The notes under the pieces: model-generated
The model's database searches: none
What the model was told of the DNA's origin: nothing
Seen by the model: only the letters and a program-made list of their open reading frames with translations
In this document: in pieces, positions 25,214 to 34,030 of the stretch
How positions within the stretch are numbered: position 1 is the first letter of the stretch
Layout: every line of letters starts with the position of its first letter
Source: a virus
Taxonomy: Duplodnaviria > Caudoviricetes
DNA: 39,031 nucleotides
Virus record (IMG/VR): IMGVR_UViG_3300031683_000011
Coordinates: 1-39,031 of that record
Strand: one strand, 5' to 3'
Made by a program: the position numbers and the translations under genes

Positions 25214-25694
25214 AATAGGACACTGGTCTTATGATGGAGAACCATTCGAGGTTGATGATTACTTCGGATTTGTGTACCTTATAACTGTGTCTGTACCTGA
25301 TGGTAACCCTATCAGATACATAGGTAAGAAGCAGTTCCACTCTTATAAGAAGACTAAACGAGACAAGGAGTCTAATTGGAAGAAGTATACCAGTTCCTCT
25401 AAGCACATTAATGAACTCATAAAGGGTGGCTCTGAGCTTACCTTCGAGATCATTCAATTGTTTGCAACCAGAGGTGGACTATCAGCAGCAGAATGTAAAG
25501 TTCAATGGTACTTAGATGTACTTACGGAGAAATGTCCCGAAGGGATCCCCTTGTACCTTAACAGACAGATAGGTGCAGTTAAATTCATACCTAAAGAAGC
25601 TATATCAGATGAAACTAAAGACAGACTCAACGAAATCTACAGAACCGGAAGAGTACTTATCGAAGCCAAAGGAGAAGAAGCAGCAGAGACTTGA
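25206..25694 (+). CDS. GIY-YIG family endonuclease
   Basis: FGFVYLIT...RYIGKKQF...ESNWKKY-SS, downstream E and YLN. Confidence 0.8.
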   Translation: MTEIGHWSYDGEPFEVDDYFGFVYLITVSVPDGNPIRYIGKKQFHSYKKTKRDKESNWKKYTSSSKHINELIKGGSELTFEIIQLFATRGGLSAAECKVQWYLDVLTEKCPEGIPLYLNRQIGAVKFIPKEAISDETKDRLNEIYRTGRVLIEAKGEEAAET

Positions 25695-25761
25695 TTACAA
25701 AGTCAAAGCAAGCACCAGACGTATCGATACTAAGTCCTATAAAGAAGACAGGTGGAACTAA
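25609..25761 (+). CDS. small basic hypothetical protein (50 aa)
   Basis: Ends with TAATG coupling to primase; overlaps the GIY-YIG tail. Confidence 0.45.
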   Translation: MKLKTDSTKSTEPEEYLSKPKEKKQQRLDYKVKASTRRIDTKSYKEDRWN

Positions 25762-27386
25762 TGAGTGAATCATTCACCAAGCACTATCCATGCTTTAAAT
25801 GTGGGTCATCAGATGCAGTAGCACTGTGGTCCAATGGGCGAGGTAAGTGCTTTGCATGTGACACACCTGCATTCTTAGATCAGTATGATGACACAGTTAA
25901 ATCAAAGTTTAAACCAAGTAACCGACAACAGGATTATGATATGAGTGGCGAATCACTCCAAGACATCAGTAACTACGACACAGCAGGTGTTCGTGAACGT
26001 AACCTAACTAAGACAGCTTGTGCTGTATATGATATGAAGGTGGCATATGATGCCTCTGGAGCTATCACCACACACTACTACCCATACACAGTTAAAGGTA
26101 AGGTAGTTGCATGTAAGAAGCGTACACTACCCAAGGAGTTCCGAGTAGTTGGTGAGTTAAAGCATAAGGATCTTGAGTTATTCGGACAGTCTAAGTTCCA
26201 ACCGGGTGGCCTGAAGGTGATCATAACTGAAGGTGAGTTAGATGCCATAGCAGTGCAGCAGTCTATGCTTAACAAGTATAAGCGTACGTACCCCGTGGTA
26301 TCCCTACCATCCTCAAGTAACATGAAGATCCTTGTGGCTAACAGAGAATGGCTGAGGTCGTTCAATGAAGTCATACTTATGTTCGATCAAGATGAAGCTG
26401 GTGAGAAAGCAGTAGGTGAAGCAGCTAAGATCATTGGCTGGGATAAGACATTGGTAGCCACACTGAGTGCTAATGACCCTTGTGACTCTACGCCTGACGA
26501 AATCATGTCTGCTGTCTTCAATGCACGTAAGTATACCCCTGCCTCCATCGTACGCGGTGAGGCTATCTGGGATGCATACGTTGCTCGTAAGGACGTGAAG
26601 TCTGTACCATACCCTAAGTGTCTTCAGGGACTCAATGATAAGCTTGACGGTATGCGTAAGGGTGAGATTGTACTGTTCACATCAGGTACTGGCTCAGGTA
26701 AGTCAACAATGATCAAAGAGATTGTACTGGAGATTGAGGAGCAGACTGAGGATAGTATAGGTATGGTGTCTCTTGAGGAGTCCATAGGGGATTCTGCAGA
26801 GAAGTTCATTAAGATGTTTGCACCTAAGGATCCTACTCCTGAGCAAGAACGTAAGGCTTATGAGAAGGTGTTCGGTAATGAAAGGTTAATCCTTCTGGAT
26901 CACAATGGGGCTGTCTCTGACTCCAGTCTTATAGACCAGATAGAGAACCTGTGTCTGCTTGGATGCCAGTACATCATCTTAGATCACATCACCATTGCAG
27001 TATCTGAAGGAGCCGGAGGTAAGACTGGCAACGAAGCTATAGATTCTATTATGTCTGACCTGTTAAAGGTTGTTAAGAAGCATAACGTATGGCTTGGTTT
27101 GATCAGTCACCTACGTAAGTCCCAAAGTGGTAAGTCATTTGAAGAGGGTTACCTATCCTCCATCGATGACATAAAGGGTTCAGGCTCGATTAAACAGATC
27201 AGCTTTGATATAATTACATTCTCACGCAACTTAGTGGCAGAAGATGAAGATGAACGGAATACAATTAAACTCAGAGTACTTAAGTCCAGATTTACAGGAC
27301 GCACTGGAGACTGTGGTTCAGCATACTATGACACAGGAACAGGAAGACTCAAGGGACAAGAAGACTTCCTCGACTACACTGGATAA
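25761..27386 (+). CDS. primase-helicase (T7 gp4-like)
   Basis: Zn finger CFKC...CFAC; TOPRIM ITEGELDA and FDQDEAG; Walker A SGTGSGKS; IILDHI; ISHLRK; KSRFTG. Confidence 0.96.
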   Translation: MSESFTKHYPCFKCGSSDAVALWSNGRGKCFACDTPAFLDQYDDTVKSKFKPSNRQQDYDMSGESLQDISNYDTAGVRERNLTKTACAVYDMKVAYDASGAITTHYYPYTVKGKVVACKKRTLPKEFRVVGELKHKDLELFGQSKFQPGGLKVIITEGELDAIAVQQSMLNKYKRTYPVVSLPSSSNMKILVANREWLRSFNEVILMFDQDEAGEKAVGEAAKIIGWDKTLVATLSANDPCDSTPDEIMSAVFNARKYTPASIVRGEAIWDAYVARKDVKSVPYPKCLQGLNDKLDGMRKGEIVLFTSGTGSGKSTMIKEIVLEIEEQTEDSIGMVSLEESIGDSAEKFIKMFAPKDPTPEQERKAYEKVFGNERLILLDHNGAVSDSSLIDQIENLCLLGCQYIILDHITIAVSEGAGGKTGNEAIDSIMSDLLKVVKKHNVWLGLISHLRKSQSGKSFEEGYLSSIDDIKGSGSIKQISFDIITFSRNLVAEDEDERNTIKLRVLKSRFTGRTGDCGSAYYDTGTGRLKGQEDFLDYTG

Positions 27387-29490
27387 CTCCGTTGGTGTGG
27401 AGTTGATAACTGCTTACATAAAGGAGAGATGTGAGGGGAATACCTTTAGGGGTAGACCCCCTGAGGGAGCCAGATTGGTGTCTTCTATGATCCCATATGG
27501 TTACACGTACGAGAAGCTAACTGTAAGGGCCGTAGCAGGGGCTGTGGCAGCTTATCAGAAGTCCCGAAGGTCATCATCAGCACCCTTTAAACTAACCGTT
27601 ACATCGACTGTGATAGGCTTACAGGTGCTGTCTGCTTTAGGCGTACTAAACACTAACCATCAGGAGATCTTAGCTGTTGGTGATCTATACTTAGAAGCAC
27701 TACTTCAACTGGGTTATATACACATTGAAAGAGAGTACTCAGGGTACAGAGCACCTTACATAATTCAACTAATGGACACATGGTCGGAGCTTGGAGATCT
27801 CCCACCTGAGTACGAGAGGGAGACACTGATTGGTACCTCCTTCACACCACCTAAGGACATAACATCACTACGTAATGAGTTCACCAAACGTCCATACATA
27901 AAGCGCATGAGTTCAGAGGAGGACTTTAAGCAGCTTATAGGAGCACCATTTATCACTGCTCTTAACAAGCTACAACAAACACCTTGGAGACTTAACAACA
28001 CACTAGCCAAAGCCTTAGAGACTAACCTCGGATTGTTCATAGATCTTGAGGACCAGTCAATCAAAGCTAAGTCAAAGGCTATTGAGATGAAGTTTGTCAT
28101 TGCAAAGATACATGCGGTAGGGTCTCACGACTTCTACCAAATGGTTGAGTGTGACTACCGAGGTCGTGTGTACTACACTGAACCCTTCTTGAACTTCCAA
28201 GGGTCTGATGTATCTAAAGGACTCTTTGAGTTTGCAGATTCTAAGGCTATGGACACTGCAGGGTACCGATGGTTATGTATACACACAGCTTGTTCCTATA
28301 ACCAATCATATGAACTAGAGGAACTACCAACATGGGTAACAGCGGACTATCGAACCTATCTGCAAGAAGAAGGGCTCTCTACCATATCAGTAGACAAGAT
28401 GACCTTAAAGGACCGAGAACTGTGGACCCTAAACAACCTCGACTGGATCAACCAATTAGCGGATGGCTTGAGCTTCAGAACAGAAGCAGAAAAGCCCGTT
28501 AGTTTCCTTGCATGTTGCTTGGACGTCAGTGGGTATAACAAAGCTAGGGCTAATCGTACTGTACATATGAGTCGATTACCTATACCTGTTGATGGGAGTA
28601 ACAATGGATGGCAACATCTGGCAGCTATATCTAAAGACAAACAAGCTGGTGAACTGGTTTCTCTCGTACCTAGTGAGATACAGAAGGACTTCTATGTCCA
28701 AGTTGCCAAGCGTCTGATAGACAGGATGCCTGACTGGTTTAATGAACGTAAGATCCCAATGAAAGCTATCCGTAAAGGTATAGCAAAGCGTGGCTCTATG
28801 ACAAGGGCATACTCAGCAGGTCAGAAGAAGATTGGTGCTAATATGTACTATGACTGCAAGGTAGAAGGCTATGACAAGAAGTACAATATCACTGAAGATG
28901 ACTGTACCCCTCTGTCAAAGCAACTTATACTTGCTATCAACGACACCTGCGTAGGCCCCTTAAAGACCATGAAGTTTATTCAGAAGATGACAGACCACAT
29001 ACTCTCAACAGGTGAGACATGTACACAGTGGACAACTCCCTCGGGATTCCCAGTGTTATATGAGGTGTGGCGTCAGAAGAACATCACAGTACGTAGTACC
29101 ATACGTGGACTCGGGCAGATAGGTCACAGCATTAAGGTACCATACATCACACCAAGTGGTGACTTGATACCATGCAGGAGATCCTTTGCATCTGGCTGTT
29201 CACCTAACTTCGTTCACTCAATGGACGCAGCTCACATGGCTAAAGTTATTCAGAGTTTTAATGGAGACTTCGGTGCTATACATGATTCATTCTCGACTCA
29301 TGCATGTGATGTGAATAAACTAATAGACCATACCAAGTGGCAGTTTGCTATGATATACAACAGTGAGAACTTCTTCACCGTCATAGAGAACATGTTACTG
29401 GAGACCCGAGAGGGTTATACACTTAAACAACCAGAGCTGGGAACCTTAGATATATCTGAGATCCTGTCGTCTGATTACTTCTTTTGTTAA
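27328..29490 (+). CDS. single-subunit (T7-type) DNA-dependent RNA polymerase, ~700-720 aa (start uncertain)
   Basis: DYRGRVY, motif A PVDGSNNGWQHL, motif B K-x7-Y (IAKRGSMTRAY), W-TPSGF, PNFVHSMDAAH, motif C IHDSF. Confidence 0.95.
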   Translation: MTQEQEDSRDKKTSSTTLDNSVGVELITAYIKERCEGNTFRGRPPEGARLVSSMIPYGYTYEKLTVRAVAGAVAAYQKSRRSSSAPFKLTVTSTVIGLQVLSALGVLNTNHQEILAVGDLYLEALLQLGYIHIEREYSGYRAPYIIQLMDTWSELGDLPPEYERETLIGTSFTPPKDITSLRNEFTKRPYIKRMSSEEDFKQLIGAPFITALNKLQQTPWRLNNTLAKALETNLGLFIDLEDQSIKAKSKAIEMKFVIAKIHAVGSHDFYQMVECDYRGRVYYTEPFLNFQGSDVSKGLFEFADSKAMDTAGYRWLCIHTACSYNQSYELEELPTWVTADYRTYLQEEGLSTISVDKMTLKDRELWTLNNLDWINQLADGLSFRTEAEKPVSFLACCLDVSGYNKARANRTVHMSRLPIPVDGSNNGWQHLAAISKDKQAGELVSLVPSEIQKDFYVQVAKRLIDRMPDWFNERKIPMKAIRKGIAKRGSMTRAYSAGQKKIGANMYYDCKVEGYDKKYNITEDDCTPLSKQLILAINDTCVGPLKTMKFIQKMTDHILSTGETCTQWTTPSGFPVLYEVWRQKNITVRSTIRGLGQIGHSIKVPYITPSGDLIPCRRSFASGCSPNFVHSMDAAHMAKVIQSFNGDFGAIHDSFSTHACDVNKLIDHTKWQFAMIYNSENFFTVIENMLLETREGYTLKQPELGTLDISEILSSDYFFC

Positions 29491-29502
29491 TAGGAAAACT
29501 AT

Positions 29503-29697
29503 ATGAACAACGTAACACAGTTCCCAGATAAGCATATTCCAGAGAATGATATGCTCCAAGAACTAAATAATCTTATCGAGAAGTACAATGGTAAGATGAC
29601 CAACGTGGCAATGCTGGGGTGCTTACAAGCATCTTCTAACTTTGTCTTCCTGTCTATTGCAGAGACAGCTATCTATGATGACGAGGGTGAAGAGTAA
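29503..29697 (+). CDS. hypothetical protein (64 aa)
   Basis: AGGA RBS; NVTQFP N-terminal motif. Confidence 0.7.
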   Translation: MNNVTQFPDKHIPENDMLQELNNLIEKYNGKMTNVAMLGCLQASSNFVFLSIAETAIYDDEGEE

Positions 29698-30032
29698 TGT
29701 ATAACATATTTGAAGAACTAGAAGAGAAGGTAATTGACTGGGCTCACATCAAGGGTATCCTTGGGGATCTCTCAGGTGGACATGACCTACGTGAGCGTAA
29801 GCTCAAACAGCTAGGTAAGTTTGAAGAGGAAGCTACTGAGCTGTATGACGAGGTACACTCAGGCGGTGACATAGATAAGGTACGTGATGAACTTGGTGAT
29901 GTGTTGGTAACACTGACAATCCAAGCGAATCTATGGGGCCTCTCACTCACAGAGTGTTTAGATGAGGCATACAATAAAATAGCTGTACGCACAGGGCGTA
30001 TGGTAGACGGAGTGTTTGTAAAAGATGAGTAA
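29697..30032 (+). CDS. mazG: MazG-like NTP pyrophosphohydrolase
   Basis: WA--KG, KF-EE--EL, DELGD-LVTL, CL-AYNKI--R-G----G-FVK. Confidence 0.9.
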   Translation: MYNIFEELEEKVIDWAHIKGILGDLSGGHDLRERKLKQLGKFEEEATELYDEVHSGGDIDKVRDELGDVLVTLTIQANLWGLSLTECLDEAYNKIAVRTGRMVDGVFVKDE

Positions 30033-30279
30033 TGATAAAGTATCACACAATATAGTGCCCGGTATTGACGACATGGAGTACGTTGAGATGTTTAATCTTG
30101 ACCCCAACCTTGCGTACACACCGGAGATCAACGAAGCTATCTTGAGTAAGGTCTGGGAACAGAACTACGCAGGAGCAGTTGCTGAAGGTCTATCAGAGGA
30201 GGAAGCTATGGCTCATGCAGAGGCACAGCGTACCTCAGGTCGTAACACAGTGATTCAAGCTATAGCAGATAAGCAATAA
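30025..30279 (+). CDS. hypothetical protein (84 aa)
   Basis: Last gene of the rightward arm; overlap coupling. Confidence 0.7.
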   Translation: MSNDKVSHNIVPGIDDMEYVEMFNLDPNLAYTPEINEAILSKVWEQNYAGAVAEGLSEEEAMAHAEAQRTSGRNTVIQAIADKQ

Positions 30280-30365
30280 AATAACCCCCAAGTATACGTA
30301 ATGTATACCTGAGGGTAATGCCCCATTGGACTCCTTAATTGGAATCTAGTGGGGCTTCTTTTTTT
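30276..30365. terminator. back-to-back terminators between convergent arms
   Basis: Hairpin 30284-30316 preceded by an A-tract (minus-strand U-tail); hairpin 30320-30355 followed by TTCTTTTTTT (plus-strand U-tail). Confidence 0.85.
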
Positions 30366-30379
30366 ATTATCTATTGTTG

Positions 30380-33300
30380 TTAGTTAAAGTCAAATGACTT
30401 GAGTGCATCCATATGATACTGGAACACTGGGTTGTTACCTAGTATCTTACTAAGCTTAGCCCTGCGATCCTTAGCCTCGTTGGCTACATTGTACATACTC
30501 TGGAGGCTGTACTTCATACTAGGTGTGAGTACTCTAAACAACTCACGAGCCTGTAGGTTAGTAACCATGTGACCCTGTGTTGGTAAGTTACGCTTCTCCT
30601 TCTTAGACAGAGCCTCAAATCGCTTAGAGGTATCTGTGAGGATACTTAAGACCATCTTCTGCTCAGCACTTAGTGGATCAGCGTTGCCACCACGAGGTAA
30701 CAACCAGTGTGCTTTCTCAATCATGAACTGAGCTTGAGCAGCGTTACTTACAAGACCCGTAGGGTTCTTATTAGCCATCGTATTAAGCTTAGTGGCACCA
30801 CGCTGGTATGCGTTGTTAGCACCTTCAGCCATCTCTGTCATCAAGTCATACTTAAGTGTCACATCAACCCAAGCTTTGTTAACAGTATCAACAAGAGGTT
30901 TGAAAGAACCAAGGTCACCAATGATAGCATCATAAATAGTAGTTACATATGGAGTCTCTGCACCAGAGTCCCTCTGCAACTTCCTATAGTTCTCACCCGA
31001 CAATGCGTTAGCAATGGCTGCACCATCGTTACTGATGATAGCCTGAGGTAGTATGCTTTGTGCAGCTTGGTAGCCACCGTCAGCAGTCTTACCTAGTGCA
31101 CCCATCTCTGGGCTGGAGGCTTGATACTTGCTCCTTGTGATACGAGTGTTACCAAGTACAGATGGGTTCGCCTTACTAGGATCACCGTACACGTACTCAC
31201 CAACAGGCTTCACATACTTCTCACGGATCTGAGAGATAACAGGAGCACCCTCTTGTGGAACGTAGTCTACTGTGTTGATAGATGTCCAAGTACCAGTTGG
31301 TTTCTTGAATCGTAATGGTTCATCAGCAAGCATAGCAAGCTCAGTCACACCCTTAAGGCTCTTACTGAATGTATTAACAGCAGAACCCAGAGTTTCCTCA
31401 AGGTTATGTGCAAGTATCACATGAAGCATACGAGACATCTTAGGTACACCACCATCCATATCAGCAGCCATATCAGTCAACCCTTTGGAAGCAGTAACTG
31501 TATTCATCATAGCTGACAACATACTCTTGATCGATTGACCATAAGGTAATGTCATAAGAGGTGGCTTCAGGAACTCATCAGGCTGTGCAATAGCAAGTGC
31601 AAGTATGTCCTCGATCTGAGGTAAGTCTTCGATAGTCATACCGAACTCATTCCTGAACTCCATAGAGTCCACAAGATGTGGTAGTGTCTTGTTCATACTG
31701 TCAGCAAGCACAGCACGTAGGTTACCTTCGACTCCATCGTACATAGCAAGAACCTTTGAGGGATCCTGACGTAGTACTCCAATGCGGTACATGATATCAG
31801 TTAAGCCTAGCTGAGTTGTCATACTGGCAAGTCCGTTAGATATACCATCCACTTCAACAGGTCTCATAGAAGAAGCAAAGCTTCCACCACGTTCAACTGC
31901 ATCCATGTAACGACCAAGCTCAATAGCTTCTTCAATCAAGTTAATGGTTTCATTGGGGTGCTCAAAGGCTTCTTCCATAAACCGAGTAACTTCAGAGTCA
32001 GCTTTAAACTCACCCAGCGTAGCCATAACACCACCCACACCTTTGATCTGGTTGTCGGCTTGTTCCATCTGCAATAGGGCATTAGCTGTAGCATCAACAT
32101 TGTAGTTGTCAAGGATACCCTTAAGCTTACGACCAACACTTGCGATAGACATGAGCTTGTCATCTTTCATAGCTATGCGCTTACGCATGTTACGAATCAT
32201 CTGCTCAGGTACAAGGTTGTGTTCAGCAAACAAGTGTGAACCCCAAGTTACAATCATAGCGTACTCAGCATTAGAGTTGCTTCCGGGTTTGATTTGATAC
32301 TGAGTACCACTCCCGTACAACTGTCTGGCAAGCTTATGAGTCTGCATGTTCATCTTCTGTGCGCTATAGCCCAGACGAGAAGTACCAGTCTGTATATAGT
32401 TGGTGAAGCTGATTGGATCATTCCTGAACTCTGCAATATCTTGCAACATCTCAAGTGCCTGCGCAGCCTTACGCTCATACATCCTCTTCTTCCACGAGGG
32501 TGTTGCAGCCTCAGCAGCAAAGGATCTTAGGATCTCTGCTTTCTCTGTCAACTGTGCAACCTTAGGGTGGTTTGGTTCAAGACCTGAGGCCTCTAGCATA
32601 AGTATGTCAGCTCGGTAGATAGCATTGCGTGATGCATTGTTAATCTTATCAGCAGCTTTCTGACCTATGCCAAGCATCTCAGCAGCCTTACCTCTGACTT
32701 TGATAACACCATCAGTCATCGTCATCTCAGCAGCGGCTTTCATACCCATAAGGCTCATGAATAAACCAGACTTGAGTCGTGCAGCAGAGATCACATGGCG
32801 AACCTTAGATACGTTCTCACGTACCTCAACCTCTGGGGTACGCTTACCACGTTGCTTAGGGTCCTCATAGTGCTTACCAGTCTTCTCCTTAGTCTTTGAG
32901 TACTGAGTTGTAGGTTGTGGGTTGTTGGTTACTTGAGGTCTTGCATACACCTTAGGTGGCATGAGATCCTTCTTAGTGTTCTCCAACATCTTACGACCAA
33001 GTGGAGTGATAAGGTACTCACCACGAGTCTTACCATTGCCAGTCTGTACTTGAACAGATTGATACATCATAGGGTTACCCAATGAGTATATCTGCTTAGC
33101 CCACATACCTAACTTCTCATAAGCTTCCTTGGTCAACTCGTTAGTTGGGTCGAGGTGTGCATCCGGCACAGTGTCCATACCTTGGTCACGTACTTGTTGC
33201 AGCTTCAACCATTCCTCTGACAGTGTACGACCAATCTGTGCCTCAGAGACACCAGACTGTAGATCAGCAGGTGATAGTCCGGCTATATCTGAGATGTCAT

Positions 33301-34027
33301 CCTTACTGAAGTTATCAATCAAGTCCTGAGGAATCATAGATTCATCTTCAGTCTGCTTGCTTAGTATAGATTCCATCAAAGTCATGCCAAGTATCTGGAG
33401 ATCCGGAAGGACTTCCATTACCCTGTTGTCACCTGTGAATCTGACAGCATTCATATGCCCAAAGAGTTCCGCAGAGTTAAGTGGCTTCTTATGTTCCTTG
33501 TCAACGTAAACACGCATGGCTAGTTCATCATCAAGTGCAGAGACATCCTGAGCAGGTGCACTTCCAACACCCATCATGCTCTTAACTGATTCCATCTTCT
33601 TAGCTTCATCAAAAGGAATACTAAGGGAGTCTGTCCTTTGCAGTCGCTTGACAGCCCATATAAGGTAAGGGGCTGCATCAGGTCCAGCAATGTTATAAAT
33701 ATCCTTAGGTCCGAAGTCTCCAAGGCTGGTGCCATGTAGCTGCTGCAATGCCTGAGAAGCTTCTATGTCCTTCTGTTGCTCCTCCTTGGCAGCAGAGACC
33801 TCAGCAGTATCTGCTTCAGCCTCCATAGCTATCTGGCCTACTGTGGGTGTCACATCTAATGATGTGGTGTAAGGGTCCCTAGCTTCAGCTTCACGTAGAA
33901 CTGGTAGCTGTGCACCATCGTTAGGTAAGTTCAACCCATCCATGACTACACTGAGTACTTCTGCATCACTCCCTCGTGATCCAACCTCGGGTACTGATGT
34001 TCCTGCTACAATATTACTCTTAGCCAT
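30380..34027 (-). CDS. putative virion-encapsidated single-subunit RNA polymerase (N4 mini-vRNAP-like), 1215 aa
   Basis: Ordered motifs GTSRLGY, motif A VEVDGISNG, motif B K-x7-YG (KPPLMTLPYG), IISNDG and motif C TIYDA; last gene of the virion-protein operon. Confidence 0.75.
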   Translation of the reverse strand: MAKSNIVAGTSVPEVGSRGSDAEVLSVVMDGLNLPNDGAQLPVLREAEARDPYTTSLDVTPTVGQIAMEAEADTAEVSAAKEEQQKDIEASQALQQLHGTSLGDFGPKDIYNIAGPDAAPYLIWAVKRLQRTDSLSIPFDEAKKMESVKSMMGVGSAPAQDVSALDDELAMRVYVDKEHKKPLNSAELFGHMNAVRFTGDNRVMEVLPDLQILGMTLMESILSKQTEDESMIPQDLIDNFSKDDISDIAGLSPADLQSGVSEAQIGRTLSEEWLKLQQVRDQGMDTVPDAHLDPTNELTKEAYEKLGMWAKQIYSLGNPMMYQSVQVQTGNGKTRGEYLITPLGRKMLENTKKDLMPPKVYARPQVTNNPQPTTQYSKTKEKTGKHYEDPKQRGKRTPEVEVRENVSKVRHVISAARLKSGLFMSLMGMKAAAEMTMTDGVIKVRGKAAEMLGIGQKAADKINNASRNAIYRADILMLEASGLEPNHPKVAQLTEKAEILRSFAAEAATPSWKKRMYERKAAQALEMLQDIAEFRNDPISFTNYIQTGTSRLGYSAQKMNMQTHKLARQLYGSGTQYQIKPGSNSNAEYAMIVTWGSHLFAEHNLVPEQMIRNMRKRIAMKDDKLMSIASVGRKLKGILDNYNVDATANALLQMEQADNQIKGVGGVMATLGEFKADSEVTRFMEEAFEHPNETINLIEEAIELGRYMDAVERGGSFASSMRPVEVDGISNGLASMTTQLGLTDIMYRIGVLRQDPSKVLAMYDGVEGNLRAVLADSMNKTLPHLVDSMEFRNEFGMTIEDLPQIEDILALAIAQPDEFLKPPLMTLPYGQSIKSMLSAMMNTVTASKGLTDMAADMDGGVPKMSRMLHVILAHNLEETLGSAVNTFSKSLKGVTELAMLADEPLRFKKPTGTWTSINTVDYVPQEGAPVISQIREKYVKPVGEYVYGDPSKANPSVLGNTRITRSKYQASSPEMGALGKTADGGYQAAQSILPQAIISNDGAAIANALSGENYRKLQRDSGAETPYVTTIYDAIIGDLGSFKPLVDTVNKAWVDVTLKYDLMTEMAEGANNAYQRGATKLNTMANKNPTGLVSNAAQAQFMIEKAHWLLPRGGNADPLSAEQKMVLSILTDTSKRFEALSKKEKRNLPTQGHMVTNLQARELFRVLTPSMKYSLQSMYNVANEAKDRRAKLSKILGNNPVFQYHMDALKSFDFN

Positions 34028-34030
34028 TGG

